Of a stretch of DNA of 64,000 bases, positions 36,441-46,011 are shown piece after piece. A model generated the notes under the pieces. That model was not told the origin of the DNA. It saw only the letters and a program-made list of their open reading frames with translations, and ran no database searches. The position numbers and the translations under genes are program-made. Source of the DNA: an uncultured Enterobacteriaceae bacterium (GTDB taxonomy: Bacteria > Pseudomonadota > Gammaproteobacteria > Eutrophobiales > Eutrophobiaceae); NCBI GenBank assembly GCA_964479045.1, contig CAYZJI010000002.1:51660-115659 (forward strand), given 5' to 3'. Numbering within the stretch: position 1 is the stretch's first letter; each line of letters begins with the position of its first letter.

Positions 36441-37817
36441 ATGACGCTCAGAAAAACCGGATATGTAATGGCCAGCCTGGCCCTGTTGCTGGCGCTGGTT
36501 TCAACTTTCAGCAAGGCGGCATTGCCGCTGGAAGCTGATGGCAAGGAGCTGCCCAGTCTGGCTCCTATGCTGGAAGAGGTAACTCCCGCGGTCGTAAATA
36601 TCGCCACGGAAGGCCGCATCCAGATGCAGCAGAACCCGTTGTTTTCGGATCCGTTTTTCCGGCGGTTTTTTAATGTGCCGGATCAACCCATGGAAAGAAA
36701 AACCCAGAGTCTTGGCTCGGGAGTCATTGTTGATGCCAAGCGCGGTCTGATAATCACCAATAATCATGTGATCGCCAACGCGGTCGAGATTTCTGTGACC
36801 TTGTCTGATGGCCGGCATGTAGATGCGGAGCTGGTCGGGACGGATCCGGAAACCGACGTGGCAGTCATCAAGATACCCGCTAAAAAACTTACCGCGCTGA
36901 CGACATCAGATTCAGATGAATTGAGAGTGGGCGATTTTGTGGTGGCGATTGGTAATCCGTTTGGTCTGGGTCAGACGGTGACCTCCGGCATCGTCAGTGG
37001 CCTGAGCCGCAGTGGTCTGGGTATCGAGGATTATGAAGATTTCATCCAGACCGATGCTTCGATCAACCCCGGTAATTCCGGCGGCGCTCTGGTGAATCTC
37101 AATGGTGAACTGGTCGGGATCAATACGGCCATCTTTTCGCAAACCGGCGGTAATATCGGAATCGGTTTTGCGATTCCCATCAATCTTGCCATCAATATCA
37201 TGGAGCAATTGCTGGAAAACGGTGAAGTGCAGCGGGGTTACCTCGGTGTCTATGCACAGGATCTGAGCCCGGATCTGGCGGAAGCGTTTGGTTTGAAGAA
37301 ACAAAGCGGCGCGGTGATTAACAAGGTGCTTGAAAATTCTCCTGCCGAGAAAGCCGGACTCAGAACCGGTGATATCGTGACGCAGATTGATGGCCGTCCG
37401 GTGCGTAACGCGGCCGATGTCAAAAACCAGATTGGTTTGCGCAAGATAGGTGAGAAAGTTGAATTTGAAATCCTGCGCGATAGCAAAACCAGCACCATTT
37501 CGGTTGAGATTGCGCCGGGAAGGGAAGCGGGTAACGGTCCGAGTGCGGTCAATGAGCGCCTCGAAGGAATGACAGTAGGAGAAATCAAGGAAGATCATCC
37601 CTTGTACGGGAAATTACAGGGTGCACTGGTGCTGGCAGTACAGCGTGGAACCCCAAGCTGGCGTAGCGGCTTGAGGCCTGGTGATGTGATTACCTCGGTG
37701 AATAACCAGCCGGTCAAAAACCTTCAGGAATTTCTGGTGGCCGTGGATAAAAAACAGGATACGCTGCTGCTGCGTATTGTGCGTGGAGAGGCCGCAGCGT
37801 TTGTGGTGATTAAGTAG
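36441..37817 (+). CDS. Periplasmic serine endoprotease, DegP/DegQ/MucD family (trypsin domain + 2 PDZ)
   Basis: Signal peptide. Catalytic triad context TNNHV, DVAVIK, GNSGGAL. Two PDZ-like regions. Confidence 0.85.
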   Translation: MTLRKTGYVMASLALLLALVSTFSKAALPLEADGKELPSLAPMLEEVTPAVVNIATEGRIQMQQNPLFSDPFFRRFFNVPDQPMERKTQSLGSGVIVDAKRGLIITNNHVIANAVEISVTLSDGRHVDAELVGTDPETDVAVIKIPAKKLTALTTSDSDELRVGDFVVAIGNPFGLGQTVTSGIVSGLSRSGLGIEDYEDFIQTDASINPGNSGGALVNLNGELVGINTAIFSQTGGNIGIGFAIPINLAINIMEQLLENGEVQRGYLGVYAQDLSPDLAEAFGLKKQSGAVINKVLENSPAEKAGLRTGDIVTQIDGRPVRNAADVKNQIGLRKIGEKVEFEILRDSKTSTISVEIAPGREAGNGPSAVNERLEGMTVGEIKEDHPLYGKLQGALVLAVQRGTPSWRSGLRPGDVITSVNNQPVKNLQEFLVAVDKKQDTLLLRIVRGEAAAFVVIK

Positions 37818-37870
37818 TTACTGCAAATATACAAATAGAGAGAGTTTATATGCAGGTTATAATTTTTTTG

Positions 37871-37912
37871 GTGAAGCGTGAAGCGTGAAGCGTGAAGCGT
37901 GAAGCGTGAAGC
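37871..37912 (+). repeat. Tandem heptanucleotide repeat (GTGAAGC)x6 in the 5' leader of the slp-like gene
   Basis: Read directly: gtgaagc x6, followed by gtgctATG. A TATAAT -10 hexamer lies at 37858-37863. The slp ATG at 37918 follows 5 nt after the last unit. Confidence 0.9.
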
Positions 37913-37917
37913 GTGCT

Positions 37918-38493
37918 ATGCGGATACTGTCTATCAGTATTGTGTTTCTGTTGGCAGGTTGTGCGAGTCATATCCCTGTGGAGATCCGTGACGATATTAC
38001 AGAAGGCAGTGCAACGATAAATTCAGTGCAATCGGATTTTGAAGCCTATGAAGGACGTCAGGTGCGCTGGGGCGGCACAATTGCTGCGGTAGAAAACAGG
38101 GAAAATGACACCTGGATTGAAGTGGTTGCGCGTGAACTTAATTCCTGGGGAGAGCCGCTGTACTCGGATGTCTCCAGCGGCCGATTCCTGTTCAGGGTTG
38201 ACGGGTTTCTGGATCCGGCCATCTACAAGGTCGATCGGGAAATTACCGTCTATGGCACGATAGAGAGCCGTGTCGTTCGTGAGATTGATGATCATCCATA
38301 CAATTATGTGCTGGTCAGGGCACAATCACATTATCTATGGAATGATTACGAGCAACGCCGTTATGCCTGGCCTTACTATTATCCGTATTATCCTTATTAC
38401 TATCCCTATCATTACGGATTTTATTTTGGCCACCCGTTCAGCTATCACCCGTCATATCATTTCGGATTCCACCATCACTGGCACCACTGGTAA
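37918..38493 (+). CDS. Slp-family outer-membrane lipoprotein with unusual Tyr/Pro/His-rich C-terminal tail
   Basis: Lipobox LLAGC. Slp-like core (VRWGGTIAAV, GFLDP) comparable to E. coli Slp (ARFGGKVINV, GFLDP). C-terminal 45 aa is YYYPYYPYYYPYHYGFYFGHPFSYHPSYHFGFHHHWHHW. The ATG at 37918 is preferred over the track's GTG at 37906, which lies inside the repeat. Confidence 0.65.
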   Translation: MRILSISIVFLLAGCASHIPVEIRDDITEGSATINSVQSDFEAYEGRQVRWGGTIAAVENRENDTWIEVVARELNSWGEPLYSDVSSGRFLFRVDGFLDPAIYKVDREITVYGTIESRVVREIDDHPYNYVLVRAQSHYLWNDYEQRRYAWPYYYPYYPYYYPYHYGFYFGHPFSYHPSYHFGFHHHWHHW

Positions 38494-38522
38494 TGTGCAA
38501 CCCGACTGGGTGCCCGTAAAAA

Positions 38523-39338
38523 TCACTTTGCGAGAACTGCGGATTGTGGCCAATCATCACCATCAACGTGTACCTGATGCCGGTTACAGGCTATCCAGCG
38601 CAGGAGATCGATATTGACATAGGTGGATCGATTGGCGTTGCCAGCGATGACCCTGAAGGGTGCATGCGGCTCACCAAGCTGATCGAGCACAAGGCTCGCG
38701 CCACTGAAATCATTATCAACAGTGAATGCATGGGTCGTGATGATCGTTTTCAATCCTGCCGCGCACGCTGCCCGATTGCCATTGGCAGTGTCTTCGATGG
38801 CAATACACTCTGCTGAAGTGAGTCCGAGACCTGCCAGCGCACATTGATAGACTACTGGTGAAGGCTTTTTATCTTTAACGATATCGCTGGTGATCACTGT
38901 ATCAAAGCGCGACATCGCATCTGCGCCAAGGTTGTTCTGCAGCAGGGTTTCAACATTTGCCCTGGAGGTGGCGGTCGCAATGCCGAGCTTGATGCCCCGT
39001 TCTGCTGCTTCCCTTATCAGACGCAAGACCCCCGGGCGCAATGTAATATGTCCGGCTGTGAGCTTGTGCCGGTAAATTTCCGATTTGCGTTGATGGATTT
39101 TCTGCACAAAATCACGCAGGTTCAGATCGCCCTGTACTTCATAATTGCGTGATTTGAGGTAGGCCAGGATGCGTTCCTTGCCACCGGAGATGGAGAGTAG
39201 TGAAGCATATTCGCTTTCGGACCACTGATACTTCAGGCCGAATTCGGTAAACGCGGTATTGAATGACTGGCGATGCGTTTCTTCTGTATTGGCAAGCGTG
39301 CCGTCAACGTCAAAGATGATGGCTTTAAGGGGGTGCAT
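38523..39338 (-). CDS. HAD-superfamily hydrolase, CbbY-like
   Basis: MHPLKAIIFDVDGTLANTEETHRQSFNTAF is HAD motif I of the CbbY-like subfamily. 271 aa. Confidence 0.65.
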   Translation of the reverse strand: MHPLKAIIFDVDGTLANTEETHRQSFNTAFTEFGLKYQWSESEYASLLSISGGKERILAYLKSRNYEVQGDLNLRDFVQKIHQRKSEIYRHKLTAGHITLRPGVLRLIREAAERGIKLGIATATSRANVETLLQNNLGADAMSRFDTVITSDIVKDKKPSPVVYQCALAGLGLTSAECIAIEDTANGNRAACAAGLKTIITTHAFTVDNDFSGASLVLDQLGEPHAPFRVIAGNANRSTYVNIDLLRWIACNRHQVHVDGDDWPQSAVLAK

Positions 39339-39576
39339 TAATTTGCAGGGATTTTCTTCAAATCTATTTCAGTTAGTGTTCCTGACAATTGAAAACAAAA
39401 GAAATTATTTTTGGTGCAAAGCAATATTAGGACATTTTATCCCCAGCGTCTACTCGTAGGCTGACAAGTGGCATGTTTTCTCTGATAAACCATAGCCTCA
39501 TGGCAGACCCGGTCAGTTACTGACCTTTGCCGGTTTATTGAGTATTCTTTCCGTATATGACGAGTGATATCCCCAT

Positions 39577-40896
39577 ATGAACGAAACTGTCTTCATCGCG
39601 GCTGGTGCCGGTCTGATTATTGGTTTGCTGCTCATGTGGCTCATTACCAGAAGCAAACAGGCGGTCATGCAGCAACAGCTGAATGACAGGGCCTTGCAGG
39701 TGGATGAACTGAAGTCCCGCCTCAAACTGCATGAAGACGCTGATTATCGCGCCACAATTGCTGAATTGCAGACATTGCTGGAAAGTGAGCGGCGAACCAG
39801 TGCGGAAAAACTGGCTGTGCTGGGGCAGGCGGAAAAAAACATGACGGCGGCTTTCGAGAACCTGGCAAACCGTATTCTGGACGAGAACAGTAAAAAATTT
39901 ACCGAACAAAACAGGCTCAATATTGGTGAAGTGCTGGTGCCCTTGCGTGAGCAACTGGGAGACTTCAGGAAAAAAATTGAAGATGTCTATGATGCCGAGA
40001 CCCGTGATCGTGTGTCGCTCAAACATGAGATCACCGGCCTCAAGGCATTAAATGAGCAAATGAGCCGGGATGCCATCAACCTTACCCGGGCCCTGAAGGG
40101 CGACAGCAAAAAACGCGGCAACTGGGGCGAGGTGATTCTGCAGAAAGTACTCGAAGATTCAGGTCTGCGCAGCGGCCATGAATATGAAGTACAGGGCAGT
40201 TATCGCGATGAGGAAGGCAAGCTGTTTTATCCTGATATTGTTGTGCACTTGCCCAGCGACAAGCATGTCATCATTGACTCCAAGCTCTCACTGAATGCCT
40301 ATGAGCGTTACTGTTCAACCGAACAGGATGCTGAAAGGCATCAGTCACTGCGTGAGCATATTGCTTCCATACGTAATCATATCTCCGGATTGCAGGGTAA
40401 GAATTACAGCGACCTGATCGAAGTTAATTCGCTGGATATGGTGTTGATGTTTGTGCCGATAGAACCGGCCCTGATGCTGGCGTTTGAGCATGATGAAAAC
40501 CTGTATCATGATGCATTCAGACAGGGGATTTTTCTGGTCAGTCCTACAACGCTCACCATGAATCTGCATATCATTCACAACATGTGGCGCTATGAGTATC
40601 AGAACCGTAACGCAAAGGAAATTGCCAAACGTGCAGCTGACATGTACGACAAATTTGTCGGATTCGTTGAAGCATTGAAAGACATCGGCGACAAACTGGA
40701 CAAGGCCCAGGATGCCTATCAGACAGCTTATAAGCGCCTGGCAGATGGCAAGGGCAATCTGGTGAAGAAGGCAGAGGATATGCGCAATCTGGGTCTGGAA
40801 ACAAACAAGGTTTTGTCTGCTGAATTGACGGACAGGGCAACAAACCAGGATGCCGCCATGGTCAGTGCGAAGGAACAGGCACGCCTAAAGATGTAA
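39577..40896 (+). CDS. rmuC: DNA recombination protein RmuC
   Basis: N-terminal TM, long coiled coil, and the conserved RmuC C-terminal region (GNWGEVILQKVLEDSGL...YPDIVVHLP). Confidence 0.8.
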   Translation: MNETVFIAAGAGLIIGLLLMWLITRSKQAVMQQQLNDRALQVDELKSRLKLHEDADYRATIAELQTLLESERRTSAEKLAVLGQAEKNMTAAFENLANRILDENSKKFTEQNRLNIGEVLVPLREQLGDFRKKIEDVYDAETRDRVSLKHEITGLKALNEQMSRDAINLTRALKGDSKKRGNWGEVILQKVLEDSGLRSGHEYEVQGSYRDEEGKLFYPDIVVHLPSDKHVIIDSKLSLNAYERYCSTEQDAERHQSLREHIASIRNHISGLQGKNYSDLIEVNSLDMVLMFVPIEPALMLAFEHDENLYHDAFRQGIFLVSPTTLTMNLHIIHNMWRYEYQNRNAKEIAKRAADMYDKFVGFVEALKDIGDKLDKAQDAYQTAYKRLADGKGNLVKKAEDMRNLGLETNKVLSAELTDRATNQDAAMVSAKEQARLKM

Positions 40897-41607
40897 CCCG
40901 CACTCGGTTTTCGGTTTGCCTTCCCAACGGCCGGCACGTTTGGCCCCCGGCACGGTACAGTGGGTGCATCCAATGGAGTGATACCCTTTGGCAACCAGCG
41001 GATGAAACGGCAGGTTGTGTTCCTTGATGTAGGCATCCCGTTCTGCTTCTGTAACATCAATCATCGGGTTGAACTTGATAATGCCGCGACGTTCTTCAAA
41101 AATTTTCATGGCGGCACGGTTGTCCGTCTGCCAGGCCATCAGGCTTGAAATCCAGACATGGAAATTCGGTTTGATGTTTTCCAGTGGCTCGACTTTATTG
41201 ATGGAACAGCAATAATCCGGGTCCGTTTCGTAGGTCTTTTCACGCACGGTGAAGTCGTGCATGTAATCCTCGGCATGGAGATCGATCACTTTCAATGAAA
41301 ACAGTTTCGCAAGGTAATCGCGATAGGTGAGGGTTTCAGGGAAATGGTAACCGGTATTGATGAAATGAATCGGATGCCCGGGCGCTATCTCTGAAATGAT
41401 GTGCAGAAAAAAGGCGGAGGTGGCCGCGAAGGATGATGTCACCAGTACCTTCTCCGGAGCAAAATCCCTGAATACCCGCTGGATGCGTTCCTTGAAATGC
41501 AGATGGGCATATTCCCGGTTCAAACGGGCCAGATCATCCGCGCTCAGCCCCGCTGAATTGCCGGCCTGGGTTGTTGTGTTAATTTCAGTGGTAACGGTTG
41601 AGTTCAT
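40885..41607 (-). CDS. cysH: Assimilatory adenylyl-/phosphoadenylyl-sulfate reductase (thioredoxin-dependent, Fe-S type)
   Basis: C-terminal ECGLH catalytic motif. Cys pairs CC...(SIGCTHCT) characteristic of Fe-S-containing APS reductases. PAPS-reductase fold. Confidence 0.75.
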   Translation of the reverse strand: MNSTVTTEINTTTQAGNSAGLSADDLARLNREYAHLHFKERIQRVFRDFAPEKVLVTSSFAATSAFFLHIISEIAPGHPIHFINTGYHFPETLTYRDYLAKLFSLKVIDLHAEDYMHDFTVREKTYETDPDYCCSINKVEPLENIKPNFHVWISSLMAWQTDNRAAMKIFEERRGIIKFNPMIDVTEAERDAYIKEHNLPFHPLVAKGYHSIGCTHCTVPGAKRAGRWEGKPKTECGLHL

Positions 41608-41846
41608 TTAAAAGCCCGTATGTGCCAGTCTGCTGGCAGACCGGCCATCCTGCAAAAATTGTTAATAAAAGTAAAACCTCTTTTGCCTGATTCTGGTCAT
41701 CCAGCTTCCTGAAATTCAGGGGCACGCACTATAGGTTAAGGTTTAATAACAGACCAAGATTATATTGTAATTACATATATAAAAAAATTATATATGACCC
41801 TGATTCAGTCAAGGTGTAAGGTTAAATACCTCGATCCTTATTACCC

Positions 41847-42929
41847 ATGGACATGCAAAAAAACAATCCCCGCGTTGCTATCAAAGGCCGCGGCACGGCC
41901 AACCGCGTGGATGTACGTTATCTGGAAAGCACCCGGGAGCCGGTGGATGACGGATGGGGTGGACTGGAGGAACCCAAACCCGTGCCTACGACGGTCACTC
42001 TGGAAAAACCCAAAACCATCATCACACATAATCAGTCCCCGGACATACCTTTCACAGCATCCATTAATCCTTACCGGGGATGTGAACATGGCTGCATTTA
42101 CTGTTATGCGCGTCCATCGCATGCCTACATGGATCTTTCTCCGGGGCTCGATTTTGAAACAAAATTGTTCGCCAAACCCGATGCAGCGGCATTGCTGAAA
42201 AAGGAACTGGCCAAACCCGGATACCAGTGCACGCCCATCGCGATGGGGACCAATACCGATCCGTATCAGCCGATTGAACGGGATTACCGGATCACGCGCA
42301 GTATTATTGAGGTTCTGAATGAGCATAATCATCCACTTACCATCGTCACGAAATCCTGGAATGTAGAACGAGATATTGATCTGCTGTCTGACATGGCAAA
42401 GCGGAATCTCGTACAGATTTTTATTTCTGTCACCACGCTCGATCATGAACTCGCGCGCAAACTGGAGCCGCGCACCACTGCACCACGCCGCCGTCTGGAA
42501 GCGTTGAGTCATTTGCATGACGCCGGCATTCCCACCGGGGTAATGTTTGCGCCGGTGATTCCTTATCTGAATGATACCGAAATGGAAACTGTCATTACCG
42601 AAGCGGCTGGCACCGGCATCATCAATGCCGGTTATGTGATGTTGAGACTGCCGCATGAAATCAAACATCTGTTCCGGGAATGGTTGGACACGCACTATCC
42701 GTTAAAAACCGAACATGTGATGAACATGGTGAAGGACATCCGTGGCGGTAGAGATAACGATCCAAACTTTGGATCACGCATGCGCGGACAGGGGGTGTAC
42801 GCTGACATGATTGCAAAACGCTTCAGCAAAATCTGCCGCGATCTGGGCCTTAACAATAAACGCATCAAACTGGATATCACGGCCTTCAAACCATCAGTGG
42901 CTGAAACGAATCAACTGCAATTGTTCTGA
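41847..42929 (+). CDS. Radical SAM protein, SplB/DNA-photolyase-like family (COG1533)
   Basis: CxxxCxxC in YRGCEHGCIYCYARPSH. 360 aa. Confidence 0.65.
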   Translation: MDMQKNNPRVAIKGRGTANRVDVRYLESTREPVDDGWGGLEEPKPVPTTVTLEKPKTIITHNQSPDIPFTASINPYRGCEHGCIYCYARPSHAYMDLSPGLDFETKLFAKPDAAALLKKELAKPGYQCTPIAMGTNTDPYQPIERDYRITRSIIEVLNEHNHPLTIVTKSWNVERDIDLLSDMAKRNLVQIFISVTTLDHELARKLEPRTTAPRRRLEALSHLHDAGIPTGVMFAPVIPYLNDTEMETVITEAAGTGIINAGYVMLRLPHEIKHLFREWLDTHYPLKTEHVMNMVKDIRGGRDNDPNFGSRMRGQGVYADMIAKRFSKICRDLGLNNKRIKLDITAFKPSVAETNQLQLF

Positions 42930-43042
42930 TTCACGGCTTGTTTCAGTTTCATTTCAGGGACGGTTCAGATACTGTTCAGCAATGATTCCTATACTGTGCT
43001 TCTGTCAATCAATTCAACTTTGTTATTACAGGAGAAAATCAC

Positions 43043-43396
43043 ATGAAAACTTATCATTATTCACTGATTGCCGGTGGCATAGCGCTGGGTCTGGCGGCCG
43101 GTATTACCATCGGTGTTTCTGAAGCAGAAGACATACAGGAAGTTGCCCGTATGCCGCAGGACTTTATGCAGAAAGTGGCTGGAAGAAATGACCAGCAACC
43201 GGTGATTTCCATCAATGAAATCATCAGCCAGTATGAACAGGGCGGGAGTCGCGTGACTGATATAGAACTGGATCGCGAACTCACACGGGATGTTTATGAA
43301 CTGGAACTGGTGGACGCCACCGGTCAGGGCTGGGACATGGATGTGGATGCCCGTACGGGTGAAGTGCTCTCCAAACATCGCGACTGGGATGATTAA
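43043..43396 (+). CDS. Secreted PepSY-domain protein
   Basis: Signal peptide plus a PepSY motif (DIELDRELTRDVYELELVDATGQGWDMDVDARTGEVL). Confidence 0.65.
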   Translation: MKTYHYSLIAGGIALGLAAGITIGVSEAEDIQEVARMPQDFMQKVAGRNDQQPVISINEIISQYEQGGSRVTDIELDRELTRDVYELELVDATGQGWDMDVDARTGEVLSKHRDWDD

Positions 43397-43493
43397 TTTG
43401 TTGTTGAATATCAGTCAATGTATTCATGAATCTGCCCGGAAAGATTGCCGGGCGGATATTTTTACGTCACGATTTTACTGATCGGAGAAAGTC

Positions 43494-43874
43494 ATGAAGA
43501 GATACCGGCATGTAATTATATTTCCTGCTTTCCTGCTGATAATGTTCTTGTCCCGACATACAGTGGCTGAAGCCGGCGCTGTACCGTTATCAGTTGATGA
43601 TAAAGTCATTCATTTGTCGGAAATGCAGGTGCTCGCGGAGGTAAAGGCGGATGAAGTGTATCAATTAAAAGAATCCGGCAAGATCATACCGCTGGAAGAA
43701 TTAATCAACCGGGTGCGCAAGGACTATCCCGGCCGCATTATCGAAATCGATCTGGATGATGATGACGGGCATTATGTGTACGAACTGGAACTGGTGGATG
43801 ACCAAGGTATTGCCCATGAACTGGAAGTGGATGCCCGCAGTGGTCAGGTATTGAAATACGAACAGGACGATTAA
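43494..43874 (+). CDS. Secreted PepSY-domain protein
   Basis: Signal peptide plus a PepSY motif (IIEIDLDDDDGHYVYELELVDDQGIAHELEVDARSGQVL). Confidence 0.65.
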   Translation: MKRYRHVIIFPAFLLIMFLSRHTVAEAGAVPLSVDDKVIHLSEMQVLAEVKADEVYQLKESGKIIPLEELINRVRKDYPGRIIEIDLDDDDGHYVYELELVDDQGIAHELEVDARSGQVLKYEQDD

Positions 43875-44555
43875 ATGAGAATACTGCTGATAGAAGATGA
43901 TCAGCAACTGGTGACCAGTTTGCGGCAGGCATTGACGCTGGCCGGATTTGTGGTGGTCACCAGCAACGACGGGATAGACGGTCAATACCTTGGCGAGTCG
44001 GAATCCTTTGATGCGGTGATTCTCGATCTTGGTCTGCCCGGCAGACCCGGACTTGAAGTATTGAGAAACTGGCGGGAACAGGATAATGATGTGCCGGTAT
44101 TGATACTCACGGCACGCGGTGCCTGGCACGAAAAAGTCGAGGGTTTCAAGGCAGGCGCAGATGATTATTTGGGTAAACCATTTCACCAGGAAGAATTGAT
44201 CGCGCGCCTGCACGCCTTGATACGCCGCCGGCATGGTCGCGCCGACCCGACCCTCAAGGCCGGCGGCCTGGTGCTGGATGCTGAAAGGCAATCGGTGACT
44301 ACACCACAAGGTGATGCATTACAGTTGACCGGCACGGAATACCGGTTGCTGGATTATTTAATGCACCATCCCGGCAAAATCATTTCCAAATCACGTTTGC
44401 TCGAACATGCCTACAATGGTGATGCCAGTGCTGATGAGAACCTGATCGAGGTTTATATCAACCGTCTGCGTCGCAAGATTGGCAGCGAGTACATCGAAAC
44501 CCGTCGTGGGCAGGGTTATTTGTTTGTTGAAGTTTCTGGCAGGGGCGGCGCGTGA
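43875..44555 (+). CDS. OmpR-family two-component response regulator
   Basis: Receiver domain (MRILLIEDD...DAVILDLGLPG) plus a winged-helix output domain. The stop of the second PepSY gene abuts the start. Confidence 0.85.
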   Translation: MRILLIEDDQQLVTSLRQALTLAGFVVVTSNDGIDGQYLGESESFDAVILDLGLPGRPGLEVLRNWREQDNDVPVLILTARGAWHEKVEGFKAGADDYLGKPFHQEELIARLHALIRRRHGRADPTLKAGGLVLDAERQSVTTPQGDALQLTGTEYRLLDYLMHHPGKIISKSRLLEHAYNGDASADENLIEVYINRLRRKIGSEYIETRRGQGYLFVEVSGRGGA

Positions 44556-45883
44556 GATCACTCAAGGCGCGCCTTGGCAGCGGTCTTGTGGTCGTGCTCG
44601 TACTGGTATTTACCCTGCAATGGATGCTGGTCAGCATCGCTATTCGTTATGTGACAGAAGACTACATCACTGCCCGCATGTCCCGCGACATAGACAATTT
44701 GCTCGCTGGACTCGCTTTCAATTCAATCGGTTTGCCGGAGATACTTCGCGAGCCGGGTGATGTTTATAACAATGAGCCGTTTTCCGGCCATTATTACCAA
44801 ATCTATGTTGAAGGATACATACTGCGCTCGCGTTCATTCTGGGATCAATCGCTGGATATCCTTCCGGTATCGCCGGGAAACAGTGCTACGCAAAGAATAA
44901 ACGGGCCGCTGGATCAACCCTTGCTTGTATTGAGCAAGGGATTCAGCAAGCAACAGCGGCAGATGACTATCAGTGTGGCGGAAGATATGTCGGCCGTGAA
45001 TGCCGCCATCAGCAAGATACAGAATCTTTATCTGGCCATGACGATAGCACTGTTGTTGGTGTTACTGTTGTCGCAGCAATGGATAGTGCATCGTTCCATG
45101 AAATCACTGACGGCCACCCGATTTGATCTGGAACGTATTACCCGCGGTGAAGCAGACAAACTTCCGGAAAATGTACCAGCCGAGATCGGGCCTTTGGTCA
45201 GGGAAATAAATACACTGCTTGATATTCTGGCAAAGCGTCTGGTGAAAACACGCACCGCAGTGGGCAATCTCGCGCATGCATTGAAGACCCCGCTCAGTCT
45301 GCTGACACAACTGACCAATGATCGGTTGATTGCGGATGAACCACAGTTGCAAAAGCAACTCAGGCATCAGGTAGATACCATACATCTGGCGCTGGAGCGG
45401 GAATTAAACCGCGCAAGACTGGCAGGTGACGGGAAAGCTGGCCGGCGTTTCGATCCGGCGCAGGACTTGCCTCCATTAATTAAAACATTGCAGCGGATCT
45501 ATCAGGACAAATCCGTCAACATCACGCTGACCGTTTCAGGACACTCCAGCTGGCCGGCAGACCAGGAAGACATGCTAGAGTTGTTTGGCAACCTTGCCGA
45601 CAATGCCTGCAAATGGGCCCGGCAGCAGGTCAGTATTAAATTATGTCCCGATCAGTATTGTTTCAGAGTGGAAGATGATGGCCCGGGCTGCCCGCCGGAT
45701 CAGATTGAGTCATTGAGTCAACGTGGTCTGCGTCTGGATGAAAATATCAACGGACATGGCCTCGGGCTCTCCATCGTGCGGGATATTGTCAATCATTATC
45801 AGGGACAACTCGATTTTTATCGCCCGGCCGACCTGGGAGGTTTGGGCATTGAGGTCAGAATATTCGCACATCAGCCAGACTAG
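44552..45883 (+). CDS. Two-component sensor histidine kinase
   Basis: Two TM helices with a periplasmic loop, HAMP, an H-box (LAHALKTPLSLL) and an HATPase_c domain (DDGPGCP...GHGLGLSIV). ATGA overlap with the response regulator. Confidence 0.85.
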   Translation: MRSLKARLGSGLVVVLVLVFTLQWMLVSIAIRYVTEDYITARMSRDIDNLLAGLAFNSIGLPEILREPGDVYNNEPFSGHYYQIYVEGYILRSRSFWDQSLDILPVSPGNSATQRINGPLDQPLLVLSKGFSKQQRQMTISVAEDMSAVNAAISKIQNLYLAMTIALLLVLLLSQQWIVHRSMKSLTATRFDLERITRGEADKLPENVPAEIGPLVREINTLLDILAKRLVKTRTAVGNLAHALKTPLSLLTQLTNDRLIADEPQLQKQLRHQVDTIHLALERELNRARLAGDGKAGRRFDPAQDLPPLIKTLQRIYQDKSVNITLTVSGHSSWPADQEDMLELFGNLADNACKWARQQVSIKLCPDQYCFRVEDDGPGCPPDQIESLSQRGLRLDENINGHGLGLSIVRDIVNHYQGQLDFYRPADLGGLGIEVRIFAHQPD

Positions 45884-46011
45884 GGCGCTCGCCTCGCAGC
45901 AGAAATCCAGACACTGGCAAGTATTCTCCGCTTTCGTTCGAGTCTATACTTTCCGACGGAATTATAAAAAACAGAAACCTTCATGGATTGGGGCTGCTAC
46001 CGGAACACATC

